Below, one piece after another: positions 37,433 through 47,216 of a DNA stretch of 64,000 nt (position 1 is the first letter of the stretch; each line of letters opens with the position of its first letter). Source of the stretch: Candidatus Krumholzibacteriia bacterium (GTDB taxonomy: Bacteria > Krumholzibacteriota > Krumholzibacteriia > JAJRXK01). Below the pieces are notes generated by a model, which worked only from the letters and a program-made list of their open reading frames with translations, was not told the origin of the DNA and did not search any database. The stretch is taken from contig JBGPIA010000009.1 of assembly GCA_041484665.1 (NCBI GenBank), positions 1-64,000 of the forward strand. Reading direction: 5' to 3'. The position numbers and the translations under genes are program-made.

Positions 37433-39157
37433 TCAGCGACGGATGGGCAAGGTGAACCGGAAGGACGTTCCGCGGTCCGCCACCGGTTCGGCCCACAGGC
37501 GGCCCTCGTGGCTCTCCACGATCGTGCGGCTGATCGCCAGGCCCATCCCCATGCCGTCCGGCTTGGTGGTGAAGAAAGGTTCGAAGAGGTGGCTACGCGC
37601 CTCTTCGGTGAGGCCGCACCCGGCGTCGTCGACCGAGACTTCGATCGCCGTGCCACCATCATCCGGGCTGCGCGTCGAGATCGTCAAGACCCTGTCCTGG
37701 GCGCGGGTCTGGTCCATGGCCTCCAGGCCGTTGCGCACGAGATTGAGGAGCACCTGCTGGATCTGGATCCGGTCCACCAGCGTCGGAGGAAGGTCCGGCG
37801 CGAGCAGCAGCCGCGGGCGCGCCCCGCTCGTTCGAAAGTCGGCCGCGGTAAGGGCCACCACTTCGGAGACGAGCTGGTTGATATCGGCCGTGGAGAACCG
37901 CGTGCGGCTGCGCCGCGCCAGCGAGCGGAGATGGCGGATGATCTGACCCGCGCGCTGCGCCTCGGCCGCGGCCTCGGCCATGGCGCGGGCCGCCTGTGGG
38001 GGCGTGCCCTTGCCCTCGCCGAGCATGCGGCGGGCGGCCTCGACGTAGTTGCTGATGGCGGCCAACGGCTGGTTGAGCTCGTGGGCCAGCCCCGAGGCCA
38101 TCTCGCCCAGCGTGGTGAGCCTCGCGACGTGCATCAGCTCGTCATGCAGGCGGCGGCGTTCCTCCTCGTCCCGCTTGCGCTGGGTCACGTCGCGCGAGAC
38201 GACGATGATCTCCCGCACCTCGTGGCTGCTTGGATCGCGGATGGTCTTGGAGACGCTCTCGAGCCAGGTGTACGCGCCATCCTTGCGGCGGATGCGGTAG
38301 GTGACCGTCTGGGTATCCGGCAGCCTTAGGATGGACTCGTGGCTCTTGCGGATGGCGGCCAGATCGTCCGCATGGAAGAACTCGTATGCGTTGCGTCCGA
38401 CCAGCTCGTGGGGCTCGTAGCCCAGCAGCGCGCGGCAGGCTGGCGAGGCGTAGATGTATTCCCCGGCCAGCGTGTGCTTGGAGATCATGTCGGTGGCGTG
38501 CTCGGCCAGTAGGCGGTAGAGCTCCTCGCTGCGGCGCAGGGAGTGCTCCGCCTGCTCCCGCTCCAGCACCTCCTGCTGCAGGCGGGCGTTGGCCAGCGAC
38601 AGCTCCTCGGTGCGCTCCTCCACGCGCACTTCCAGCTCATCGCGGGCCCGGCGCAGCTCCTCCTCCGCGTGCTTGCGATCCGTGATGTCTTCGGCGAACC
38701 CCAGATAGCGGTCGAAGCCCGGCCCGCCGCGCGCAACGATGAAGCCCCGTCCGCGGATCCAACGCACCGTACCGTCAGGCTTCTCTATGCGGAACTCCAG
38801 CGGCGTCGGTTCGACGGGCAGCCCTTCACGCCGGCGCTTCCAGGTCGCCATCACGTGCTCGCGGTCCCCGGGCAGCATCGCCTCGAACACCGAGCGCGGG
38901 TTCGCGTAGAAGCTCTGCGTGCTGCGCCCCCAAACCGTCTCGTAGGCGGGGCTGATGTAATAGGCCTGGGTCAGATCCGGATCGGACATCCAAAACATGT
39001 AGCTCGTTCCCTCCAGGAGCACGCGGTACTCCTGCTCCAGCGCGCGCAGGGCGGCGAGCTCACGATCCTGCTGCTGCACCGCCCGCTCCAGCTCGTCCAA
39101 CCGGGCGCGCAGCGTCGTCTCGTCCTGCAACGGAGCCGATTTGGGCGTGCGGGCCAT
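37433..39157 (-). CDS. Cytoplasmic two-PAS sensor histidine kinase (FixL-like)
   Basis: Two PAS/PAC domains; H-box LAHELNQPL, N-box NLVRNGLEAM, FEPFFTTK, GMGMGL. ATG 39157 follows AGGAG. Confidence 0.92.
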   Translation of the reverse strand: MARTPKSAPLQDETTLRARLDELERAVQQQDRELAALRALEQEYRVLLEGTSYMFWMSDPDLTQAYYISPAYETVWGRSTQSFYANPRSVFEAMLPGDREHVMATWKRRREGLPVEPTPLEFRIEKPDGTVRWIRGRGFIVARGGPGFDRYLGFAEDITDRKHAEEELRRARDELEVRVEERTEELSLANARLQQEVLEREQAEHSLRRSEELYRLLAEHATDMISKHTLAGEYIYASPACRALLGYEPHELVGRNAYEFFHADDLAAIRKSHESILRLPDTQTVTYRIRRKDGAYTWLESVSKTIRDPSSHEVREIIVVSRDVTQRKRDEEERRRLHDELMHVARLTTLGEMASGLAHELNQPLAAISNYVEAARRMLGEGKGTPPQAARAMAEAAAEAQRAGQIIRHLRSLARRSRTRFSTADINQLVSEVVALTAADFRTSGARPRLLLAPDLPPTLVDRIQIQQVLLNLVRNGLEAMDQTRAQDRVLTISTRSPDDGGTAIEVSVDDAGCGLTEEARSHLFEPFFTTKPDGMGMGLAISRTIVESHEGRLWAEPVADRGTSFRFTLPIRR

Positions 39158-39189
39158 GCTGGGTTCTCCTCCTCGTCCTCGGGATCCGC

Positions 39190-40362
39190 TCAGGAGCGCA
39201 GGATCGCTCTCCAGCGGTCGATGGCCGTCTCCAGACGATCCGGCGGCTCGCCGGTGAAGCAGATGCGCACGTGGTCCTCGTACGCGCTGCCAAAATCCAA
39301 TCCCGGCGCTACGGCAACGCCCGCCTCCAGCCAGCGGGCGATCAACTCCCAGACGGTGCGCCCGCGCAGCTCCTCGCGCAACGGCACGAAGAAGAAGGTA
39401 CCGCCCTCGGGCAGCGGGCAGCGCACGCCCAGCCCGCCCGCCACGCTGTCGCGCAGCCGCTGGTAGCGCTCCCGCACCCGCGGGATCCACTCCGCGCGTG
39501 TGCGCACGGGTGCGACCATCAAGTGCTGCCCCAAGGTCGACGGGCTGTAGAGCTCGTGGATCATGAGCTTGTTGAGAGTCCGGATGGCGGTCTCGTTGCC
39601 CACGACGTAGCCCAGCCGCAGTCCGGCAAACATGTACGTCTTGCTGAAGCTGAAGATCGAGAGCGTCTGCTCGAACAACCCTGGTAGGCTGCCGATGGAA
39701 TGTGTGGGGCGCCCGTCGAACGTCAGCCCGTCGTAGGCCTCATCCGAGATGACCCACAACGCGTGCTGGCGCGCGAAGGCCGCGATCTGCTCCAGGTGGG
39801 CCCGCTCCAGCACCTTGCCGCTGGGGTTGTTGGGGCTGTTGACGTAGAGCGCCACGGTGCGCGGCGTGCGGTGCTGCTCCAGCAGCTCGGCGACGTCCAG
39901 GTGCGGTTGCGCGTAGAGGCGCATGTAGAGCGGAACCTCCGCCACCCGCGCCCCGGCCACCCGCGCCATGCCGAAGAAGAAGGGCCAGGCGGGCGTGCAG
40001 ACGAGGATCTCGTCGTCGGGCTGCAGCAGCCCCATGGCCGCAACGTTCAGGGCATTGGCCGCGCCCGCGGTGAGCAGCACGTGCTTTGGGCCCGCTGGCA
40101 GCCCGTTGTCCTCGCGCACCTTCTCCAGGACCGCCGCGCGCAGCGGAGCGATGCCGAAGGTGTTGCAGTAGCGGTTGAAGTCGGCGTGATCGCCGAGGAA
40201 GTCGGCCGCCAGCGGCAGCGGATACTCTGGCGGCAGATAGGTGTCGCCGATCTGAAGCTTGAGCAGCCCGTCGCCGTGGCGAGCCATCTGGTCGCGGAAG
40301 CGCTCGAACACCGAGCCGCCGATGCAGTCCACGCGCGCGCTGAAGTCGGGGAAGCGGGGCAT
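39190..40362 (-). CDS. PLP-dependent aminotransferase, class I/II
   Basis: NSPNNPSG, ISDEAYD and SFSKTYMFAGLRLGY (PLP lysine) motifs. Confidence 0.92.
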   Translation of the reverse strand: MPRFPDFSARVDCIGGSVFERFRDQMARHGDGLLKLQIGDTYLPPEYPLPLAADFLGDHADFNRYCNTFGIAPLRAAVLEKVREDNGLPAGPKHVLLTAGAANALNVAAMGLLQPDDEILVCTPAWPFFFGMARVAGARVAEVPLYMRLYAQPHLDVAELLEQHRTPRTVALYVNSPNNPSGKVLERAHLEQIAAFARQHALWVISDEAYDGLTFDGRPTHSIGSLPGLFEQTLSIFSFSKTYMFAGLRLGYVVGNETAIRTLNKLMIHELYSPSTLGQHLMVAPVRTRAEWIPRVRERYQRLRDSVAGGLGVRCPLPEGGTFFFVPLREELRGRTVWELIARWLEAGVAVAPGLDFGSAYEDHVRICFTGEPPDRLETAIDRWRAILRS

Positions 40363-40393
40363 GGAGGACCTCGTAGGCTGCGGCTTGGCCGGG

Positions 40394-42670
40394 CTATCTC
40401 CGCAGCAGCAGAGCGCGGCGGGCCGCGCGATCCGTGCCGCTCTCGGCAAGCAGCCAGTAGACGCCGGCCGCCACCGGCCGCCCCTGGTCATCGCGTCCGT
40501 CCCAGACCAGCTCGTGGCGTCCGGCAGCGAGGTCCAGCGGGGCGAGGGCCACGACCACGCGGCCGCGCAGGTCGAGCCAGCGCAGGCGCACGCGGCCGGC
40601 GCGGGCGAGCTCCAGGGTCAGGGCGATGCGCCCTGCGCCGCGCGACGCGGTCGCAGGCGACAGGCTCAACCCCGCCCGGGCCGCTTCGGCGGGCGGCGCC
40701 GGGGGCGCGCCGACCGGCGAGGTCGTGATGAAGAAGTGGCCCGCAGGCGGCGCGCTCTCACGGACCGGGTCGCCGGGCTCGCTCGCCTGGACCTTCCAGT
40801 AGACCTCTTGCCCGGGTTGCAGATCCTGCACCGTGAGGAAGGTGTCCGCGCCCGCTTCCCGCCAGTCCGGCGCCGCGAAGGCCGCAGAGTGGTCGAGGGC
40901 CACCCGGTACGACGTAGGCTCGCCGTCGTAGCTGAATGCGCTGCTCCAGCGCAGGAGGGCCGCAGTGGTGGGCAGCGTGGCGCCCTGCGCCGGAACCATC
41001 AGCGTGAACGGCCCCGACGGATCGTCGAACAGTGCCTCGTACGCGGCGGCAGCGCCCAGCAGGTAGGTGCGCGCCTGGAGGCTCTCCTGGGGAGTGGCAT
41101 AGCCACGCTCCAGCAGCGAGGCCTTCCAGAAGTGATTCATTCCGTCGGCGCCGCGGCGGGCCACGGCGGCCGGTACGGGCCACGGCGCACCCATCTGGAT
41201 CTGGATCGGCGAGGTCACGGCGCGCAGCGTCTCTGCCGGCGCTTCCCACGCCCCCCCGTCGGCCACCAGCTCGAGGAACAGCGCATCGTCGCCGCCCAGC
41301 GGCAGCGCGAAGGTCGTATCGATCGCGCCGCGCCCGGCCGGCCACGCCGCCGACCACCGCAGCCCGCCCACCCCGTGCAGGCGCGCCGCGCGCAGGGGCG
41401 TGCGGCTCGCGGCGCGCAGCAGCACCGTCACGAGGCCCGGCCCTGGCAGGGATGCCGTCTCGCCCAAACCGTGCCCGGCGATCTGCAGCTCGCGCACGAT
41501 CGGGCCGTCGGTGGCAAAGCAGCGTCTCTGGGCCACCGCTTGCTCCCACAGCCCGGGCAGCTCCGGAGAGCCGGCGGGCGGCGCCCCGACGATCCGGGCG
41601 AACGTCCGCGGCCAGCCCGGGGGGCCCGTGCCGTAGCGGTCCAGCGTCATGTCCGATTCGCCCACGGCCGCCCAGCGCGCGCCCACCGCCAGCGCGTCGG
41701 CGTACTCCTGTACAGCCCAGTGCCCCGGGCCGTTGCTCGCGCTGCCGGCGGCGATGCCCTGCAGGCGCGGGCCCATCGCGAGCGCCGCGAGCTCGCGCGC
41801 GTACCCGGAGTCCGGCCAGAAAAACCCGCCGACGAGCGTGTCGGTCGTGTGGGGATGCGCGAGCAACGCGACCGGCGCCTGCGCCGGCGCCAGCACGGCT
41901 TCCAGGCTGGGCCACGCCGGCTGGTCGGCTCCGCAGCACCCAGGCCCGTACGCCGACACGACCAGCTGGGGGAGCCCCAGCAGCACGACGTGACCCCAGT
42001 AGCTGGACCGGTACTCCTCGCCCCAGGCCAGGCTCACGCCCATCGGCTGCGGTGCCACCGGCCCGCCGGGATGCGCCGCATCGTTCGCCAGCAGGAAGAC
42101 CACCTCCAGGCGCTCGGCGCGCGCGGCCCGGGCTGCGTCCTGCGGGGTCCCCGGGGCGTAGCTGGCGGGTGGGTGCTGCAGGTGGACGTGCGGGTCGCCG
42201 GCGATCCAGCCATCGGCGCGCGGATCGATCCAGCGTGCCATGAGCATCGTTACCGCGGTGTTCGCGGCCACGGCCACGGTCGCCGCGACGGGCACGCCGC
42301 AGAGGCCCTGCACGGCGTGCAGCTGGTAGGATCCGGCGGGGACATCGACCAAAAGCGAATCCTCTGCGAGGACGAAGGGCGACAGACCCGCGCCGTGGTA
42401 GGTGCGCAGGAGCGGGTCGGGAGCGTTGAACAGGGGGCCGGCAGGGCCGACGATCTGCACCCGCGCAGCAGCGGGCTCCCCGCTGACCGCATCGCGCAGG
42501 CGCACGGTGAGGCGATGCGCCGCGGCGCTAGGGGGCCACGCTGCCACCGCGAGGGCGAGCATGGCGAGCGGTCGGCCGGTGCTGGTCTGGCGGAAGGAGC
42601 GCACGGACGACCCGGGCGCGCGAGCAGCGGGCCGCCGCTGCCCCCGCGCGGAAATTGGCTGGGTGCACAC
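40394..42670 (-). CDS. Secreted CehA/McbA-type (PHP-like) metallohydrolase with C-terminal FlgD-Ig
   Basis: WIAGDPHVH, GEEY....GH, LAHP, GESD and FATDGP motifs; tail DLRGRVV...WDGRDDQG...GVYW. Start uncertain (42562-42670). Confidence 0.78.
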   Translation of the reverse strand: MCTQPISARGQRRPAARAPGSSVRSFRQTSTGRPLAMLALAVAAWPPSAAAHRLTVRLRDAVSGEPAAARVQIVGPAGPLFNAPDPLLRTYHGAGLSPFVLAEDSLLVDVPAGSYQLHAVQGLCGVPVAATVAVAANTAVTMLMARWIDPRADGWIAGDPHVHLQHPPASYAPGTPQDAARAARAERLEVVFLLANDAAHPGGPVAPQPMGVSLAWGEEYRSSYWGHVVLLGLPQLVVSAYGPGCCGADQPAWPSLEAVLAPAQAPVALLAHPHTTDTLVGGFFWPDSGYARELAALAMGPRLQGIAAGSASNGPGHWAVQEYADALAVGARWAAVGESDMTLDRYGTGPPGWPRTFARIVGAPPAGSPELPGLWEQAVAQRRCFATDGPIVRELQIAGHGLGETASLPGPGLVTVLLRAASRTPLRAARLHGVGGLRWSAAWPAGRGAIDTTFALPLGGDDALFLELVADGGAWEAPAETLRAVTSPIQIQMGAPWPVPAAVARRGADGMNHFWKASLLERGYATPQESLQARTYLLGAAAAYEALFDDPSGPFTLMVPAQGATLPTTAALLRWSSAFSYDGEPTSYRVALDHSAAFAAPDWREAGADTFLTVQDLQPGQEVYWKVQASEPGDPVRESAPPAGHFFITTSPVGAPPAPPAEAARAGLSLSPATASRGAGRIALTLELARAGRVRLRWLDLRGRVVVALAPLDLAAGRHELVWDGRDDQGRPVAAGVYWLLAESGTDRAARRALLLRR

Positions 42671-42977
42671 TGCGGAGCCACGCCCAGTATATCACGCTTC
42701 ATCTCACACTTCCGGAATCGGCATCGCCCGTGGCCGCGGGCCCCGTTGCGGGCCTGGCCCCCCGGGACCCCGTCCGGCTACCGCCGGCGTGGACGGGCCG
42801 CCCGGGTCACCGGAAGGGCCCGCAGTACTCCCCCAGGCGGGCCGGTAAATCGCCATTGAACAACAAGTTGAACACTTCGGCGCTCAAGCTTTCGCCCCCG
42901 CCGGCCGACAACCGCATGGGTCCTGATGGGTCCTACCGGGCCGTAAGGCTTCGGACACCACGCACCCGGCCGCCCGC

Positions 42978-44912
42978 GTGAACATGAAGCTCGCTCCTCG
43001 CCTGCCATTGCGCGGCCGGACCCTGCTGCTGCTGCTGCCGGTCATCGCGGGAGTGCCGCTGGCCGTGGCCGTGCTCGCGGAGCGTCACGTCTTGGCCGAC
43101 GCACACCGGCTGGCGGAGGCCACGCTGCCCGCGCGCCTGGAGGCGCGCCTCTCCCCGCTGGTGGCGCGTCTGGAGGCGATCCGCGGTCAGCTGCGACTTG
43201 CCGCTGCGCTGTCCGGTGACGGCGTGGCGTGGGAGACCGTGGTGGCCGGGGTTCGCGCCAGCTGTCCGGAGATCGAGCTGCTGCGCCGCGTCGATGGAAC
43301 GGCGGCCGCCCAGCCCGCTGGGACCGTGCCGCAACTGGTCGAGCCGTTGCTGGGCGCCCGCCCGCGGTGCCTGGTCGCGACGCTTTCGCCCGCGGCGCTG
43401 GCGGCGCAGGTGACAGCGGGGCCGCTGGCGCCAGTCGAGTCGATCATGACCGTTCTGCAGGGCTGCCGGTTGACGGGAGCGGATGCCGCTTCCGGCTTGC
43501 CGCGCGCGTCGGCCGCGCGTCTGCAGGAGGCCCTCGTCCACGGTGGCGAGCCGGTGCTTGTCCTTTCGACCGGCGCCGAGCCGCTGCTGGCGGCCGTGCA
43601 GCGCCGGCCGGACCTGGGGCTCGCGGCGGCGCTGCTCCTGCCGGATTCGGCGGTGCGTGCCGACCTCGCGGGGCTGGGTCACGCGCTGTGGCTGCGGGCG
43701 GCCGCGAGCGCGCTGCTGGCGCTGTGGATGCTCCTGCGCGTGCGCGCCTGGTTGGTGCGGCCGCTGCGCGAGATCAGCGCCCGCATGCGCGAGGTCGCGC
43801 AGGGCAATCTCGAGCTCAAGCTCGAAGCGGAAGGGCATGACGAGCTGGCGCGCGTGGCCGAGGCATTCAACGCCATGACCGCCAATCTCCACAACGCCCG
43901 GGTGACCATGGAAAGCCAGCGCCTGCGTCTTGCGGAGGCCCTGCGGGACCTGGAGGGGCTCGACCGGATCAAGGACAGCTTCCTGGCCCTGGTGAGCCAC
44001 GAGGTGCGCACGCCGCTGACCTCGATCCTCGCGGGCATCGAGTTCCTCATGGACGGCTCGTACCGCGAGCGCAGCGCCGACGAGCAGGCCCTCATGGAGA
44101 TCGTGCACGAGAGCGGGTCGCGGCTGGCGGGCTTCATGAACGACGCGCTGCTCATGGCGTCGCTGCAGGCCTCAAGGCGTCAGCGCAACGACGACGAGGT
44201 CTCGATCACCGCTCTGGTCGCCGGGCAGCTCGACGAGCTCCACGCACGCCTGGTGGAGCTGGGGCTGGAGGTGACCAACGGCCTGGACGGCCGCGGCGAG
44301 ATCGTGACCTGGGGCGACTGGACGCTGCTGCACGTGGCCGTGGCGAAAATCCTCACCAACGCCGCCCAGCACAACCGCAAGGGCGGCCGCATCGAGATCG
44401 AGGTCGTGGACCGGATCCGTGAGGGGCCCACGCTCTCCTGCGACAGCCTCCAGGCGCAGTGCGGCCGGACGCTCCCGCGAGCCGACATGTGCTGGCGCGC
44501 GCTGCGCGTCGCCAACACCGGACCGGTGATCCCGCCCGACCAGCTGGGGTGGCTCTTCCAGCGCTTCGAGCTTCTGCACGAGATCGACCACCACCATCGC
44601 GGCAGCGGGCTCTCCCTGAGCATCGTGATGGCCGTGCTGCAGCGCCACGAGGGCGCCATCGGGGTGCGCCAGGTGGGCGCCGAGGGGATGGCGTTCTACT
44701 TGATCCTGCCCATGCGCGAGTCGCCCCATGCGCGCGAGCAGAATCAGGCTTTGCCCGTGGGGATCGACAATCTGGTGCGCGCGGCGCTCACTGCCGCGCC
44801 GAGCGGGTCGGGCCGCTCGCAGCGCGTCTCCTTGGGCGAGCTCGCCTTGGCTCCGCTGGTGGCGCCGGCGGCGCCGGCTCCAGTCCGGGAGCAAGTCGCC
44901 GCGCCGCGCTGA
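42978..44912 (+). CDS. Membrane-bound HAMP-domain sensor histidine kinase (no adjacent regulator)
   Basis: Two hydrophobic segments; HAMP RPLREI...DELARVAEAFNAM; H-box SHEVRTPLT; N-box ILTNAAQH; GSGLSL. Confidence 0.88.
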   Translation: MNMKLAPRLPLRGRTLLLLLPVIAGVPLAVAVLAERHVLADAHRLAEATLPARLEARLSPLVARLEAIRGQLRLAAALSGDGVAWETVVAGVRASCPEIELLRRVDGTAAAQPAGTVPQLVEPLLGARPRCLVATLSPAALAAQVTAGPLAPVESIMTVLQGCRLTGADAASGLPRASAARLQEALVHGGEPVLVLSTGAEPLLAAVQRRPDLGLAAALLLPDSAVRADLAGLGHALWLRAAASALLALWMLLRVRAWLVRPLREISARMREVAQGNLELKLEAEGHDELARVAEAFNAMTANLHNARVTMESQRLRLAEALRDLEGLDRIKDSFLALVSHEVRTPLTSILAGIEFLMDGSYRERSADEQALMEIVHESGSRLAGFMNDALLMASLQASRRQRNDDEVSITALVAGQLDELHARLVELGLEVTNGLDGRGEIVTWGDWTLLHVAVAKILTNAAQHNRKGGRIEIEVVDRIREGPTLSCDSLQAQCGRTLPRADMCWRALRVANTGPVIPPDQLGWLFQRFELLHEIDHHHRGSGLSLSIVMAVLQRHEGAIGVRQVGAEGMAFYLILPMRESPHAREQNQALPVGIDNLVRAALTAAPSGSGRSQRVSLGELALAPLVAPAAPAPVREQVAAPR

Positions 44913-44988
44913 CGCCTCGACCGCGCCGCGCGGGCGCCGGCGGACGCAGGGCTGGCCTCTCGTGGCTGGCGGGCTGACGCCTGGCGGG

Positions 44989-46440
44989 CTACTGCAGGAC
45001 GAGGGCGATTCCCACGGACAAGACCCGCTCGCCGCTGACCGTGCGGCTCTGCGTGAGCAGCCCCAGGTCGAGACCCAAGCGCGAGCCGCCCAGGCTGCGC
45101 AGGCCGATTCCGGCGCCGCCCTGCAGCGCATCGCGCTGGTCGAGCTCCAGCCCGCCGCGCAGGGCCACGCCGGCGCGCGTCCATCGCTCGGCGCCCAGGT
45201 GCCAGCCCGTGCCGCCCGGCTCATGGCGCGCGTCCGCGGCGATCAGCCAACCACCCAGCTCCCAGCTCGCGTTCACCAGCCAGCTCGCGGGGATGTCGCT
45301 CGTCACGCGCTGATCCGTCGCCAGCACCTCGTGCGTCGTACGGCGGGCCGCCACGTCGTGCACGTAATGATCGCGCCGCGCCCCGTCGAAGCTCAGGTCG
45401 GCGAGCAGGTCCGCCACCCCCGCGCCGATCTCCAGCGTCCGCCAGCGCACGACCACTCCGGCATCGACCGCCTGCCCGCTGTCCAGATCGAGGCCGGGCG
45501 AGGCGGTGGTGTAGCGCGCGTCGTAGCCCAGGTCCAGCACCGCATCGCCCGACCGCGCGGCGCCCCTCGGCGTGAGGGCCAGCTCGCCCTGCAGCCCGGC
45601 CTGCGCGATGCCGAAGAGCCGCCGGTACGCCACTCCGGCCCACGCCCGCACCCGGTCGCGGTCGGCGTCCCAGTAGCGCTCCATCCAGTCGTTTCCATCG
45701 GTGTTGCCGCTGTCGGTGCCGACGGCCGCCACGAGCCGTGGCACGGGCAACGGCAGCTCGCGCGCGTAGGTGATCCCGCTGCTGAGCCACGCCTGCAGCG
45801 TGCCGTCCAGGCGCAGCCTTGCGGTCGTTGCGGCCGCCACCGGCCCGGGCGCCGCCAGCAGGCTGCGCAGCGCCGGGTCCAGCTCGATGCGCAGCTCGTT
45901 GCGCACGAACGGCTGCAGCAGCGCCAACTGCACCACGCCCTTGCGCGCTCCCAGGTCGAGGGTCAGACCTGCGTCCAGCAGCCGGCCCACGCTGCCGACG
46001 TGGAGGTCCGCGAGGGCGATGGCGTTCTGCAGGTCGGAGAGCACGACCGCGCTCGAGTCCGCACCCAAGCGCACCGGATGGCCCGCGAGCCCGTCGTCGC
46101 CACGGGGGACCGCCAGCGCCCACGGCAGGTTGGCGCACAGGCGCGCGAGCGCGGCCAGGTCGGGATCGGCGCTGTCGGGATCGAGCGTCGGAAAGTCGGC
46201 CGCGGTCTGCACCAGACCCAGCGGCAGGGTGACCACGCGCGCAGCGTGCAGGCTGCGGTCCGGGACGGCGCGGTAGCCCGGGTTGACGCGCGTAACGAAG
46301 CCGGGGCTGCCAGGCAGCGCGACGCCGCCCATGGCCATCCCTCGCGCGTCGAGCAGCTGGGCCCGCGCGGCGCCGCCCGCCGCCACGAGCACGATGCACA
46401 GTGCGGCGCAGCGTCTTTGCCGTCTCTCTTGCAGGCTCAA
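44989..46440 (-). CDS. Putative outer-membrane beta-barrel (FadL/PorV/TraF-like N-terminal motif)
   Basis: TTG start overlapping the cobB stop, GGAGG upstream; signal peptide ARA-Q; DARGMAMGG...NP; amphipathic strands such as WHLGAERW and ALRGG. Confidence 0.6.
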   Translation of the reverse strand: MSLQERRQRRCAALCIVLVAAGGAARAQLLDARGMAMGGVALPGSPGFVTRVNPGYRAVPDRSLHAARVVTLPLGLVQTAADFPTLDPDSADPDLAALARLCANLPWALAVPRGDDGLAGHPVRLGADSSAVVLSDLQNAIALADLHVGSVGRLLDAGLTLDLGARKGVVQLALLQPFVRNELRIELDPALRSLLAAPGPVAAATTARLRLDGTLQAWLSSGITYARELPLPVPRLVAAVGTDSGNTDGNDWMERYWDADRDRVRAWAGVAYRRLFGIAQAGLQGELALTPRGAARSGDAVLDLGYDARYTTASPGLDLDSGQAVDAGVVVRWRTLEIGAGVADLLADLSFDGARRDHYVHDVAARRTTHEVLATDQRVTSDIPASWLVNASWELGGWLIAADARHEPGGTGWHLGAERWTRAGVALRGGLELDQRDALQGGAGIGLRSLGGSRLGLDLGLLTQSRTVSGERVLSVGIALVLQ

Positions 46441-47216
46441 CGCGGCGGCCCTCCGCGGTGGTGGTCGATGGCGTGCACGAGCGCCGGCAGCGTGAGCTGG
46501 CACGGACCCGCCAGCACCCAGTCCGCCAGTCGGCTGGCCGGCGTCGTCTCGGTGTTGAGCTCGACGACCGCGGCGCCAGCCTCGATGGCGACCTGCACCA
46601 GCGACGCCGCGGGCTGCACCACGGCGCTGGTCCCCACGACCAGCAGGACGTCGGCGGCAGCGGTCCATTCCCCCGCGGCACGTACGTGACTGGGGGAGAG
46701 GGGCTCGCCGAACCACACGATCGCCGGGCGCTGCAGCCCTCCGCACCCGCAGTGCGGCAACACGCCGGGGGGTGGCCCCGGCTCAAGGTTGACCGCTTCG
46801 GCGCCGCAGCGCGTGCAGCGCACACGCCAGAGGCTGCCGTGCAGCTCGACGAGATCGGCGTTGTGTGGCAGCCCGTGCCGCTGATGGAGACCGTCGACGT
46901 TCTGGGTTATGATCCCCACGCGCGCGACGCGCCGTGCCAGCTCGAGGAGCGCCAGATGGGCGGAGTTGGGACGCGCCTCGCGCACGAGATCGCGGCGCCA
47001 GCCGTACCATTCCCACACGACCGCGGGCTGGCGCGCGAACGCTTCGGGCGTCGCCAGCTCTTGCACGGGATGGTTCTTCCAGAGCCCGTCGCTGCCGCGA
47101 AAGGTGGGGACGCCGCTGGCGGCGGAGATCCCCGCGCCGGTCAGCACTGCCACCTTGCAGGTGGGGCTCAGCCGCGCCAGCAGCGCAGCGGGGACGTCGT
47201 GAACGGGCTCGTGCAT
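46437..47216 (-). CDS. cobB: NAD-dependent protein deacylase (sirtuin)
   Basis: LTGAGISAASGVPTFRG, ITQNVDGLH, ELHGS, Zn-site cysteines, RPAIVWFGE, VGTSAVVQPAA. Confidence 0.93.
   Translation of the reverse strand: MHEPVHDVPAALLARLSPTCKVAVLTGAGISAASGVPTFRGSDGLWKNHPVQELATPEAFARQPAVVWEWYGWRRDLVREARPNSAHLALLELARRVARVGIITQNVDGLHQRHGLPHNADLVELHGSLWRVRCTRCGAEAVNLEPGPPPGVLPHCGCGGLQRPAIVWFGEPLSPSHVRAAGEWTAAADVLLVVGTSAVVQPAASLVQVAIEAGAAVVELNTETTPASRLADWVLAGPCQLTLPALVHAIDHHRGGPPR

Noticed and set aside
36764..39157. Naming the two-component pair fixL/fixJ
   Set aside because: The architecture is similar, but I cannot confirm a heme-PAS domain or orthology.
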